From an uncultured Chitinophagales bacterium (GTDB taxonomy: Bacteria > Bacteroidota > Bacteroidia > Chitinophagales > BACL12): a stretch of DNA of 64,000 bases. Position numbers and translations under genes: made by a program. The stretch is from positions 13,402 through 77,401 of the forward strand of contig CAYXBK010000016.1 of assembly GCA_964463165.1 (NCBI GenBank). Direction: 5' to 3'. Below the pieces are notes generated by a model. That model did not search any database. It was not told where the DNA came from and was given only the letters and a program-made list of their open reading frames with translations. Below are positions 35,083 to 43,399 of the stretch, piece by piece; position 1 is the stretch's first letter, and every line of letters begins with the position of its first letter.

Positions 35083-35961
35083 ATGAAAGCCTCTCAAATC
35101 AAGGAATTGAAAGAAGTCCTTAAAACCACCAGTACTGCTCAAAAAAAAGTTAAAGAAATTATCGAATTTTTAGTTAACCATTCCAGTGAATACAGTGCAG
35201 AGCAAATCCTGAATATCCTCGGTGGTATCATTCTTCCTTCTGTGCATCGACAAAGAATTGTAGATGAACGTGCCGGCAATTATTATCACAACAACGCTGC
35301 GAAGGATGAAATAACCACTTGGAATAGTTTTGAAGTGAATCTATGGGATCTCGTGAGGTATATTCCGAATGCCGTCAACGGACCAACTGACCCAAACGAT
35401 TATTGGGGAGACCCGAATGATGAGTGGGGATTTCGTATTTATCCCGCATATGATGGTACATCTATTTACCTTCTCGTTGGAATTTCGAAATACAACGATC
35501 CCAATGTTGCCAACGCTGAATATCCCGGCTATTTTCAACTAAAGGGTAATTACTCGGAAGGTTACTTTAATTATGGAGCTGCGGACCGACGAGATGATGT
35601 GGTTGGAGGATTTAAGAATTACTGGAATAACGTGTTATTGACACCTGCAAAATCTCTTCAGAAAGATATACATGCAATCAAATCCCGTTTTTTTTATTTT
35701 TCTGAGGTCATTAGCTTCATATCAACCAACGTGGAAATGACACCCAATGAATTAAAAAAGTGTAAAGTTCAATTTGAGATCGGCTATGTAACAGACGGAA
35801 TGAATGATATTTTGTCGAACGATTATCTTGAACCGGCAAAACCTTATCATGTTGGTTTTGCGGTGGTGTTGTCAATTATTACTCCAGGAGGGAAAAGTAG
35901 CATGTCTCTTGAAGTAGCGAGACCCTGCCCGCCCAGATGCGGAGACCTCTCTTATTTGTAA
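35083..35961 (+). CDS. Hypothetical protein
   Basis: 292-aa ORF with no motif recognised. Confidence 0.4.
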   Translation: MKASQIKELKEVLKTTSTAQKKVKEIIEFLVNHSSEYSAEQILNILGGIILPSVHRQRIVDERAGNYYHNNAAKDEITTWNSFEVNLWDLVRYIPNAVNGPTDPNDYWGDPNDEWGFRIYPAYDGTSIYLLVGISKYNDPNVANAEYPGYFQLKGNYSEGYFNYGAADRRDDVVGGFKNYWNNVLLTPAKSLQKDIHAIKSRFFYFSEVISFISTNVEMTPNELKKCKVQFEIGYVTDGMNDILSNDYLEPAKPYHVGFAVVLSIITPGGKSSMSLEVARPCPPRCGDLSYL

Positions 35962-36062
35962 GAAGCATTTGTGCAACAATAACACATATTAACAGGCATT
36001 AAAGTCACTACGAACTGACATAATATCGGGTTTTCGTATCTTTCTCATACGAAAACTCTATT

Positions 36063-36749
36063 ATGCCTCCCTTCTTGGAAAGAATGCTCAGTTTCCCGGT
36101 TTATGACTTTTTGCTCGTTACTTGTATTCTATTTTTAATTTGCATGAGGAATTTGGACAAGAAAGAAAAAATCGCCGCCATTTATTGCCTTCTTACTTAC
36201 GGAGCGAATGTTCTGTCAGAATATATCCAGTTTATAAACCCTGACAATCCAAACAATCAATGGGTGTTTAACTACATTATGCTGGCTCTACATTCACTTA
36301 GCTTTTTACTTTATTTTGTCGCGAACAAAAATCTTCGTCTAAAGAAGAATATGATCATCGTGTATTTTTTCTATTTGGCTTTTTACATTATCAACTGGAG
36401 GTTTATTCAAGGTTACTATGTTTTCAATACGTTCAGTATCACGATAGGCAATGCCATTGTTGCTGCTTTAGCGTTTATTTACTTACAACAATTTATCAGG
36501 AACGCAGATACAAAACCATCAACTAATTTCGTATTCTGGTTTAGCTCTGCGATATTAATCAGCTCTCTGGTTTCAATACCTATTCAATCAACATTATCCT
36601 GGCTTGCATTTTCTGAAGAAGAAACAGTCGATAAACTTTATACAATAAATGACATCGCTGATTGTATCGCCTATTCACTCATGATTATCGGATTGCTATG
36701 GACTCGAAAATATCGGAAATCACCTTCTTCATCGTATTCTCAAGTTTGA
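36063..36749 (+). CDS. Multi-pass membrane protein, possibly a sensor partner of the adjacent kinase
   Basis: 228-aa ORF with ~6-7 hydrophobic helices. Its 3' end overlaps the kinase ORF in another frame. Confidence 0.5.
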   Translation: MPPFLERMLSFPVYDFLLVTCILFLICMRNLDKKEKIAAIYCLLTYGANVLSEYIQFINPDNPNNQWVFNYIMLALHSLSFLLYFVANKNLRLKKNMIIVYFFYLAFYIINWRFIQGYYVFNTFSITIGNAIVAALAFIYLQQFIRNADTKPSTNFVFWFSSAILISSLVSIPIQSTLSWLAFSEEETVDKLYTINDIADCIAYSLMIIGLLWTRKYRKSPSSSYSQV

Positions 36750-37492
36750 TTCTGCTTGTGCTTGCAGGTCTGGTAATCAACTTGTTGTTAATTAGTCGCA
36801 ATAAACGATTAAAACATCAGAGCCAATTGCTGGAGGTGAAATCAAATTATGAGAAAGAACTCATGAAAACACAAGTGGAAGTGGCTGAAAATACATTGAA
36901 TGACATTGCGCGTGATTTACACGATGATGTGGGTCAAATGCTGACCTTTTCAATTATAAAAATGAATAGCATCAATGTAAAAGATGATAAACATCTTGAA
37001 AATAATCTTATAGAAGTACGTGAAAGTGTTCGTCAATCTTTGCAAACCATTCGTGAATTGTCAAAATCCTTCAGCCAGGATTATTTATCCAATTTCGGAA
37101 TTCACTATTCCCTTCAAAGATTATTTGACCGCCTGAATCGTCAAAAAATCATCTCCGCAAAACTGGATTTTCCCGACACTATCAAATTCAAATTACAATC
37201 GAGCGAATTATTCACATTCAGAATCATTCAGGAATTGGTTACGAATACTGTAAAACATTCAGAAGCACGTGAGGTTTGGTTACAGGTAAGTGAGAACGAA
37301 AACAGTATTATTTTGAAATATCATGATAATGGAATTGGTATTTCTGAGGAAACTTTGGCAAGGATCAGGGATCATGACAGTCTTGGTTTTTCCAACATCC
37401 AAAAGAGGATCATACTGATGAATGGACATTTTGAAATTAAATCAAATTTGCCGACAGGTACAGCCGTTGAAATTAGCATACCGAATGAATAA
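36698..37492 (+). CDS. Sensor histidine kinase (HisKA_3 / NarL-partner type)
   Basis: One TM helix is followed by the H-box DLHDDVGQMLT and HATPase_c motifs (ELVTNTVKHS, YHDNGIGI, GFSNIQKRIILMNG). The ORF track start is 36662; the ATG at 36698 is preferred. Confidence 0.8.
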   Translation: MDSKISEITFFIVFSSLILLVLAGLVINLLLISRNKRLKHQSQLLEVKSNYEKELMKTQVEVAENTLNDIARDLHDDVGQMLTFSIIKMNSINVKDDKHLENNLIEVRESVRQSLQTIRELSKSFSQDYLSNFGIHYSLQRLFDRLNRQKIISAKLDFPDTIKFKLQSSELFTFRIIQELVTNTVKHSEAREVWLQVSENENSIILKYHDNGIGISEETLARIRDHDSLGFSNIQKRIILMNGHFEIKSNLPTGTAVEISIPNE

Positions 37493-37504
37493 ATTAATTG
37501 CCCT

Positions 37505-38176
37505 ATGCCCATAAGGATAGCACTCATCGATGACCATCAACTTGTCCGTGGAGGGTTAAAATTATTGCTTCAATCAATGCCCGAATTTAAAGTTACCATG
37601 GAAGCGGCCAATGGAAAGGAATTTCTTGAAGCGATTTCGCGCGCCAAAACACAACCGGATATCGCCCTGTTAGATGTGGCCATGCCGATCATGGACGGCT
37701 TTGAAACCGCAAGCATTCTTTGTAATCGCTACCCAAAAGTTCGTGTTGTGGCATTATCCGTTCATGATGATACTGAAATTGTGAATAAAATGATTGATTG
37801 TGGCGCCCACGCATATTTATTAAAAGATTCTGCCCCCGATAATGTTCGTGAAACTTTGCTGCAGGTATTTGAAAAAGGTTATTACTATACGCCTCTTGTG
37901 ATTGAAAGCATGATGAAGGAGCGGATGAAAAATACTGAGGTTAAGAATACACAATCCTCATACTTGCTTCAAAGGCAGGACTTGCTGACAGCCCGTGAAA
38001 CAGAATTTATCAGGCAATGCTGTAGTGAAAAAACCTATAAGGAAATCGCGGCGGATATGAATGTCAGCCTTCGCACTGTGGACGGTTACCGAGAATCGGT
38101 ATTTCTCAAATTGGAATTAAAATCAAGGACAGGTATTGTTCTCTTTGCTATTCATCAAAAAATATTTACTATGTGA
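37505..38176 (+). CDS. NarL/FixJ-family response regulator (REC plus LuxR-type HTH)
   Basis: IALIDDHQLVRGGL, LDVAMPIMDG and VVALSVHDD mark the REC domain. The C-terminal LTARETEFIRQCCSEKTYKEIAADMNVSLRTVDGYR is the LuxR HTH. Confidence 0.9.
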   Translation: MPIRIALIDDHQLVRGGLKLLLQSMPEFKVTMEAANGKEFLEAISRAKTQPDIALLDVAMPIMDGFETASILCNRYPKVRVVALSVHDDTEIVNKMIDCGAHAYLLKDSAPDNVRETLLQVFEKGYYYTPLVIESMMKERMKNTEVKNTQSSYLLQRQDLLTARETEFIRQCCSEKTYKEIAADMNVSLRTVDGYRESVFLKLELKSRTGIVLFAIHQKIFTM

Positions 38177-38629
38177 TTAATCGGAAGGTTCATTCTTATC
38201 TATGGCAAAATAACTTTTTCCGTCAATCAGGAAATACATTCTTTCATCATTTTCAATTGATACGCCTATCCCTGAAAACGGCATGGGTTCATATACTTTA
38301 ATAAAGCCTTCCTTATCCGGAGAAAAATTGTCTGTCTTTTTCAAGAGATAGTATTCAGTTTTAATATGTGCATTTTTATCAAACAATCCCGACGCCCTTA
38401 AAATCTGAATTTCCCTTAAAACATCAGGGTGCTTTTCTATCTCATCAAATGAAACTGGATAGGCGACATGTTCTTGGTGTGAACCAGCAAGAAGAACCTG
38501 CAATGAATCCGTATTTTCAATCCTGTATATATGGCCTCCGAAACAGTTCTCTATTTGTCCATGATAATATAAACGCCAATCTTCTTTTACGTCTTTTATG
38601 AGTTCATCTACTTCTTTCTGGTCGTACAT
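38177..38629 (-). CDS. Hypothetical protein
   Basis: 150-aa ORF with no motif. Confidence 0.4.
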   Translation of the reverse strand: MYDQKEVDELIKDVKEDWRLYYHGQIENCFGGHIYRIENTDSLQVLLAGSHQEHVAYPVSFDEIEKHPDVLREIQILRASGLFDKNAHIKTEYYLLKKTDNFSPDKEGFIKVYEPMPFSGIGVSIENDERMYFLIDGKSYFAIDKNEPSD

Positions 38630-38695
38630 TCTGCACCTTTATGTTGTTTAGCATTTTTATATCTTAGCGTAAAACTTAACTAAATCAAACCTCTA

Positions 38696-39187
38696 TTGGA
38701 TAAGCTCGTACAGAATCATATCAAAGACTTAGCTGATGAAGGGTGTAAAACCATTCAAGGACATCGAGATGAAATTCTTAAATTGATGCAACCTCAACTT
38801 ATATTAATTCCGCCATTAGAGAAAGGACAAATCACAAAAAAAATTAATCTACATTGCCAAGAAATAGAAAGTATTCAAAAAGAAAAAGGAAAATTGATTG
38901 AAGCCCTAATGGATAAGGTTCCCGAAATAGAAAAGCTTGCACTTTGGCAATATGTTCGTGAGAAGTTGGATATAGACAAAGGCGAAAAAGGAAAAAACGA
39001 TAGTAAAAATTACAAGCCAAAGCCACTCGAAAAAGGCTTGTCAAATATTATTAATAAGGAAGCTGAAAAGGAAGATTCCAAAGAAAATCAGGCTCCAATA
39101 TATACTCTGACATCAAAGTTTTATAAACAAAGTGATAAACCCAAAGAAAAAGACAAGCAACATGATCAAGAAATTGAGAAGGATTAA
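38696..39187 (+). CDS. Lys/Glu-rich hypothetical protein
   Basis: 163-aa ORF with a TTG start and a low-complexity charged C-terminus. Confidence 0.3.
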   Translation: MDKLVQNHIKDLADEGCKTIQGHRDEILKLMQPQLILIPPLEKGQITKKINLHCQEIESIQKEKGKLIEALMDKVPEIEKLALWQYVREKLDIDKGEKGKNDSKNYKPKPLEKGLSNIINKEAEKEDSKENQAPIYTLTSKFYKQSDKPKEKDKQHDQEIEKD

Positions 39188-39264
39188 ACAAGTATATGAT
39201 AGGATGAAATTCTACTGGCATAAATATTAAATTCGTCGAATTTTGTCTGCAAAAATTGTTTTGG

Positions 39265-39768
39265 TTACGACTTGCAGGCACGTTTGCAGTAGCTGACACA
39301 TGATCTATTGCAATGACTCGACTCCCCATCAAGCATAACTTCACCAAATTCTTTTAAATATATTTTCTGGGTTTCTTCAAACGCAGATTCCAATTGCTTG
39401 CGATCTTCTTCGTTTCTTATTCCGAAATAAGGGAAATGGTGAAAGTATTCTCCGAATGTTTTATTACTGTCTACATGGTAAGCTCTCGTATCGAGAATAT
39501 GCTGATGCCACATCAAGTCCATTATTTTATGGGGTATAATTGTAAATTGAGGATACCTTTTATTGAGATGGAGAAAGCGTTTATATTCTATTTCTGCTAT
39601 CTCGCATAATTCTTCATCCCATCCCTGTCCTTCTTCTGTATCCTGTAATTTTATTTTCACCATTTCGAGATCAATACTAGCTATTTCCGGGATGATCAAT
39701 TTATCATGTATTAAAAAATAAATTCTCTCCTGAGTAATTGCTCGTTCCAATAATGCGTGTTGAATCAT
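39265..39768 (-). CDS. GRDP-like (DUF1399-like) protein with a Cys-rich C-terminus
   Basis: IMDLMWHQHILDTRAYHVDSNKTFGEYFHHFPYFG resembles the glycine-rich-domain-protein-like family signature (D..WH.H.L....Y). The tail is HCNRSCVSYCKRACKS. Confidence 0.4.
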   Translation of the reverse strand: MIQHALLERAITQERIYFLIHDKLIIPEIASIDLEMVKIKLQDTEEGQGWDEELCEIAEIEYKRFLHLNKRYPQFTIIPHKIMDLMWHQHILDTRAYHVDSNKTFGEYFHHFPYFGIRNEEDRKQLESAFEETQKIYLKEFGEVMLDGESSHCNRSCVSYCKRACKS

Positions 39769-39772
39769 TTTT

Positions 39773-40636
39773 TTAAGGTTTAAGGATTAAATTATCTGTT
39801 TTTATTGTACTAACACCCAGTTTTTCAAATATTTTATCGTCTGATACGATAAAGACAGATGAATGGTTGCGCAAATAAAATAGGTGAGCTAGGTCTAAAA
39901 AGTCATTTGTAGATGGTAGCTCTTTTTTGAAATATTTATTCAGGCTGTACCTTGAAAAATAGGTGACATACATATCTGCCAATCCATTATAAGAATTGTA
40001 AAGCTGTTCTAAATCTTGCTCATTCGCTACATATGTTGGAAACAGTAACTGAAGCATTTTCGTTATGGCTAAGATCGTGAATGCGTTGTTAAAAACAGGC
40101 TCGTATTGTAAGAGTTTTTGCAAGGAATCAGATTTAGATAAATCATATGTCTTTCCATCTACTTTCATATAAACTGGTTCGAGTTTTTGTTTACCAAGTG
40201 CCTTAAGCTCAGCAATACCATTCTCTGTTGATTGTATAAAGTTTGTCGCTAAATATTTATCTCGCTCTTCAAAATATCTTAAATTAATTTCTATAGACTC
40301 GCTAGTGCTTTTTAATTCTTCGAATGATGTTGATTTCAAAACTAAATCAACCATGTTTTCGATATGAGGCAGTAGTTCATAGTTGATTTCCAAATCATCA
40401 AAATAGTCAAAACTGTTGAATGCAATTTCCTGTGGAAATTGCCAATCAATAAAAAGTTTAACTTCTTTAATCTTTCTTAATATTGTTTTTCTCTTAGCGT
40501 AATTATCTTCTTTGATGTTTGAAATGAGTTCAAATAAGGCAAATGCTGAAGTAAATGACTTCCTTATAACTTCATCCGTAAATTTACCAATGGAATAAAG
40601 CGCATTTGTTTCTAGATAATATTTGTACATTCCCAA
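39773..40636 (-). CDS. Hypothetical protein, possibly a PIN-like nuclease with a large insertion
   Basis: YYLETNALYS near the N-terminus, FALFELISN, and a C-terminal VFIVSDDKIFEKL loosely follow the PIN acidic-residue layout. Weak. Confidence 0.35.
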   Translation of the reverse strand: MGMYKYYLETNALYSIGKFTDEVIRKSFTSAFALFELISNIKEDNYAKRKTILRKIKEVKLFIDWQFPQEIAFNSFDYFDDLEINYELLPHIENMVDLVLKSTSFEELKSTSESIEINLRYFEERDKYLATNFIQSTENGIAELKALGKQKLEPVYMKVDGKTYDLSKSDSLQKLLQYEPVFNNAFTILAITKMLQLLFPTYVANEQDLEQLYNSYNGLADMYVTYFSRYSLNKYFKKELPSTNDFLDLAHLFYLRNHSSVFIVSDDKIFEKLGVSTIKTDNLILKP

Positions 40637-40642
40637 ATTGGT

Positions 40643-40993
40643 TTATTTAATATTATTTTTAAAATCAAATATATGCGGGTAAGTTAAATGATCATGAAAT
40701 CTTGAATGAAAAAGTTTATCGCTTTGGAAAGCATTCAGATCACTGCCATTAGCAAACAAATTTTTCATGCGGTTAATATCATCGGACTTTGGATGATTTA
40801 ATAATTTCTTTTCAAGTTCCGGGCTTACAGATACAAGGCGTGGTATTGGTCGAACATATTTTTTGTTGATTGTAAGGTAATCCAGGAGCATGTCTGCATA
40901 GTCTGCCCTGATTGGTATTCTTACACCAATGGAAGAAAAGGCTGAATGGATAAGAAGTTTAAGATCATGTTCGAAATCAAATCGAAACCCCAT
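40643..40993 (-). CDS. Hypothetical protein
   Basis: 116-aa ORF, 18 nt downstream of AbiEii and 6 nt upstream of the next gene. Confidence 0.4.
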   Translation of the reverse strand: MGFRFDFEHDLKLLIHSAFSSIGVRIPIRADYADMLLDYLTINKKYVRPIPRLVSVSPELEKKLLNHPKSDDINRMKNLFANGSDLNAFQSDKLFHSRFHDHLTYPHIFDFKNNIK

Positions 40994-41011
40994 ATTGATA
41001 AATAGTTTCTA

Positions 41012-41914
41012 TTACTTATATAATTTCTGTTTCAATACTTCGTATTGTTCCGCATGTTTAGCAGGATTTTTCTCTTTTAATAATTGTAAATTTCGAAGCT
41101 TAAATTGTACAGCCGGGAATGCTTCAAAATTATATATGCTCCAATCAGGTTTTAAGTCTTTTACACTCAGAATAAATTTTTTGTCTTCGTCAGTTAAGTT
41201 TTCATGGATGATTTTTACAAGTTCTTCACGCGTTTTCTCATATTCTTCGTATGTGAAGTCATCTACGCTCATGCCCGTGAAATGATTATCTAATGCTGAT
41301 TTCTGATCATGAAAATTTGGCTGAATTATTTCATTGATCGGTCGGCTGCTTCCCAGAAGAAGAAATATAAAGCCGGTTTTTATTTCATTCGTAATTCCCT
41401 CGAGATTTAATAATAGTTTCACATCAAATAAATCTCTCGGATGCTGACGATCCAAAGCTGCGCATAATTTCCCGCCATATAGTTCTCCCATTGAGACCAC
41501 CGGCATTTCAAGGGAGACTTCAAATTCATTTTGCGCATTCTCACACAATATCATTTGCTTTGGCTTGATGAGAGTTCCTCTCTTCGTTAAATTAACTTCA
41601 AGCTTGATTTCAATACCTTGTGAGACAATAATCAGTTTTCCTTGATCCAGTTTTTCCTGAATTTTCACTCCTTGAATTGTTTTTTCAATATTCTTATTAA
41701 TTCTTTTGAGTGCATCAGATATATTGCTTAAGGATGTTTCTCTATCCTCAATTGGTACATAGGTCAGATCTATATCGACAGACAGTCGTGGCATATTACG
41801 CACAAATAAATTAATTGCTGTACCACCATGCACTGCAAAACAATCTTCCTTTGCCACTTCAGGCAAAACATTAAGCAGTAATTCAACTTGCTTTTTATAT
41901 TTCTGGTCTATCAT
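41012..41914 (-). CDS. abiEii: AbiEii/AbiGii-family nucleotidyltransferase toxin (type IV TA / abortive infection)
   Basis: CFAVHGGTAINLFVRNMPRLSVDIDLTYVP matches the DUF1814/AbiEii N-terminal NTase motif (GGTA...R.S.DiD). 300 aa. Confidence 0.8.
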   Translation of the reverse strand: MIDQKYKKQVELLLNVLPEVAKEDCFAVHGGTAINLFVRNMPRLSVDIDLTYVPIEDRETSLSNISDALKRINKNIEKTIQGVKIQEKLDQGKLIIVSQGIEIKLEVNLTKRGTLIKPKQMILCENAQNEFEVSLEMPVVSMGELYGGKLCAALDRQHPRDLFDVKLLLNLEGITNEIKTGFIFLLLGSSRPINEIIQPNFHDQKSALDNHFTGMSVDDFTYEEYEKTREELVKIIHENLTDEDKKFILSVKDLKPDWSIYNFEAFPAVQFKLRNLQLLKEKNPAKHAEQYEVLKQKLYK

Positions 41915-42677
41915 TTTCTTCCAATTCTTTCGGTACAGTTATCTGGTATTTTTCGACATAAACACCATTCTTTATGATACTGCGTTTTCCTTTTCCTAAG
42001 TCAACTTTTTCCAAGCTAACGGATTTTAGCCAGGAATGATTTGCTTTTTCGGCCAGATAAAGAAAAAGGCGTTTCACCTTTATCGAGGAGCATTCCTCAA
42101 GCAGTAGCTGTACCTTGCCCGGTATTAAATTATTCAACCCAAGCATGTACTGAAAACATTCCATCAAATCTTGTTTTTCCGGTGCAAGATAAAGGCATTC
42201 AAACATGGCACGTGCCGCACCTGATATTTGTATTGAAAAATTACCTAGATCGAATGCTACAAGGCCCGTTTGAGGGGAAAGAAAAGTCGTCGGGTAATAT
42301 TCTATTTTGGCTTTCCAGTCATGATTTTTAAACCATGCCGGTAGCTTCTCACCCTTCTTCCCAAAAAGCGTCACACGGTGGGTTCCTAGTTCGATGTAAT
42401 GCGCCTTCCCAAGCAATGCAAAAGCCGTCCTGCCCCCAGGGTGGATGGTTTGAAGGTTTTGCTTCTGCAAAGCATATACAGCGCCCTCATAGTTGACGTT
42501 GTCGCCGGTACGGATAAACGCCCCCCGGCTTATTGATGTGAGCCAGGAAGACTTTTTATACCATTTCTGAAGGTCTGTACTGTAACCCTGCTCTGCCAGC
42601 CATGAGGATTGAAAAACAATCCCGTAAGGTTGCGAGGTCAAAAGTTGGTTTATTTTTGTTCTGTTTTCGGTAGCCAT
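41895..42677 (-). CDS. abiEi: AbiEi-family antitoxin / transcriptional regulator
   Basis: The N-terminus (INQLLTSQPYGIVFQSSWLAEQGYSTDLQKWYKKSSWLTSISRGAFIRTGD) fits AbiEi_4-type domains. It overlaps the toxin gene by 20 nt. Confidence 0.7.
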   Translation of the reverse strand: MATENRTKINQLLTSQPYGIVFQSSWLAEQGYSTDLQKWYKKSSWLTSISRGAFIRTGDNVNYEGAVYALQKQNLQTIHPGGRTAFALLGKAHYIELGTHRVTLFGKKGEKLPAWFKNHDWKAKIEYYPTTFLSPQTGLVAFDLGNFSIQISGAARAMFECLYLAPEKQDLMECFQYMLGLNNLIPGKVQLLLEECSSIKVKRLFLYLAEKANHSWLKSVSLEKVDLGKGKRSIIKNGVYVEKYQITVPKELEENDRPEI

Positions 42678-42914
42678 ATTACCCTTATAACTATTTTTTT
42701 AAACAAATGCAAGCGCTATGTTTAAAAAGTTTGATATAAAGGTAGTAAAATTACCTGAAATATAGTTTTTTTAAACTCTAATTAAACAAAAGGGGCTATA
42801 ACCGATGAAAAAGAAAATTCGGCCAATAAGACATTGTTGGTTTGATCCCAATTTAGACAACCAAAAGAGGTTATTCGTCAAAATGTTTGACCTATGTTTG
42901 ACCTGGCTGAAAAT

Positions 42915-42940
42915 AAAAAACCTCTGATCTCTCAGAGGCT
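42915..42940 (-). terminator. Terminator hairpin after tRNA-Leu
   Basis: On the reverse strand, CCTCTGA-gaga-TCAGAGG is followed by TTTTTT. Confidence 0.55.
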
Positions 42941-42941
42941 G

Positions 42942-43027
42942 TACCCGGGGCGGGAATCGAACCCGCACGAGCGTTTCGGCTCACAGGATTTTAAGTCCTG
43001 CGTGTCTACCAGTTCCACCACCCGGGC
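42942..43027 (-). tRNA. tRNA-Leu (anticodon UAA), class II with a long variable arm
   Basis: Reverse strand GCCCGGGTGGTGGAACTGGTAGACACGCAGGACTTAAAATCCTGTGAGCCGAAACGCTCGTGCGGGTTCGATTCCCGCCCCGGGTA. It has an acceptor stem, D-arm, anticodon loop CTTAAAA and T-arm GCGGG-TTCGATT-CCCGC. No CCA is encoded. Confidence 0.9.
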
Positions 43028-43060
43028 GCCCTGAAAATGTGGACTAAAAAAGAATGAACA

Positions 43061-43089
43061 AAAAATTTCCCTCTCTGATAGGAGAGGGA
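43061..43089 (-). terminator. Hairpin after tRNA-Gly
   Basis: On the reverse strand, CCCTCTC-ctatca-GAGAGGG is followed by AAATTTTT. Confidence 0.4.
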
Positions 43090-43097
43090 TTGTTTCG

Positions 43098-43170
<73 letters not shown>

Positions 43171-43184
43171 TTATTATTTATTTT

Positions 43185-43256
43185 CTTAGAGATTCGCCCC
43201 GCTGACTCCGATCCGCCGTACGGCGGATTGTGCTCTACCAGCTGAGCTACTCTCGC
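43185..43256 (-). pseudogene. Decayed tRNA-Gly copy (pseudo-tRNA)
   Basis: 43230-43256 is identical to 43144-43170, which is the 5' acceptor strand plus D-arm of tRNA-Gly. The anticodon arm is replaced by the palindrome ATCCGCCG-TA-CGGCGGAT, the T-arm is degenerate and no 3' acceptor strand remains. Confidence 0.55.
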
Positions 43257-43399
43257 GATTCCAATTAAAAACTGCTAATTGGAGTGCAAATATAAAAGGA
43301 AAACCTGTTTGAAGACAAATCTTACTCAATCTTTTTCCTTCCTCTGCCGCCAACTCTTAATTTTGAGGCATTACAATTCCAGAACTCAATACAGTACAA

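Larger units (their letters stand above)
1..42941. mobile_element. Composite genomic island / integrative mobilizable element region, possibly several tandem elements; left limit is outside the window
   Basis: Integrase 5' end at the left edge. Relaxase, T4CP-like ATPase, ArdA/ArdC/RadC/primase genes, defence-type genes and an AbiE module are all present. Composition is mosaic: AT-rich blocks alternate with GC-richer blocks at 9.7-10.9 and 26.5-31.9 kb. The region ends directly 3' of tRNA-Leu, beyond which housekeeping genes begin. Confidence 0.55.

Noticed and set aside
36063-37492. Membrane ORF and histidine-kinase ORF overlapping in different frames, as a possible frameshifted single sensor-kinase pseudogene
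   Set aside because: The kinase ORF has its own ATG (36698) and its own TM helix. The membrane ORF ends with a normal cytoplasmic tail. No homopolymer lies in the overlap. Two separate genes is the simpler reading, although a frameshift cannot be excluded without homologues.
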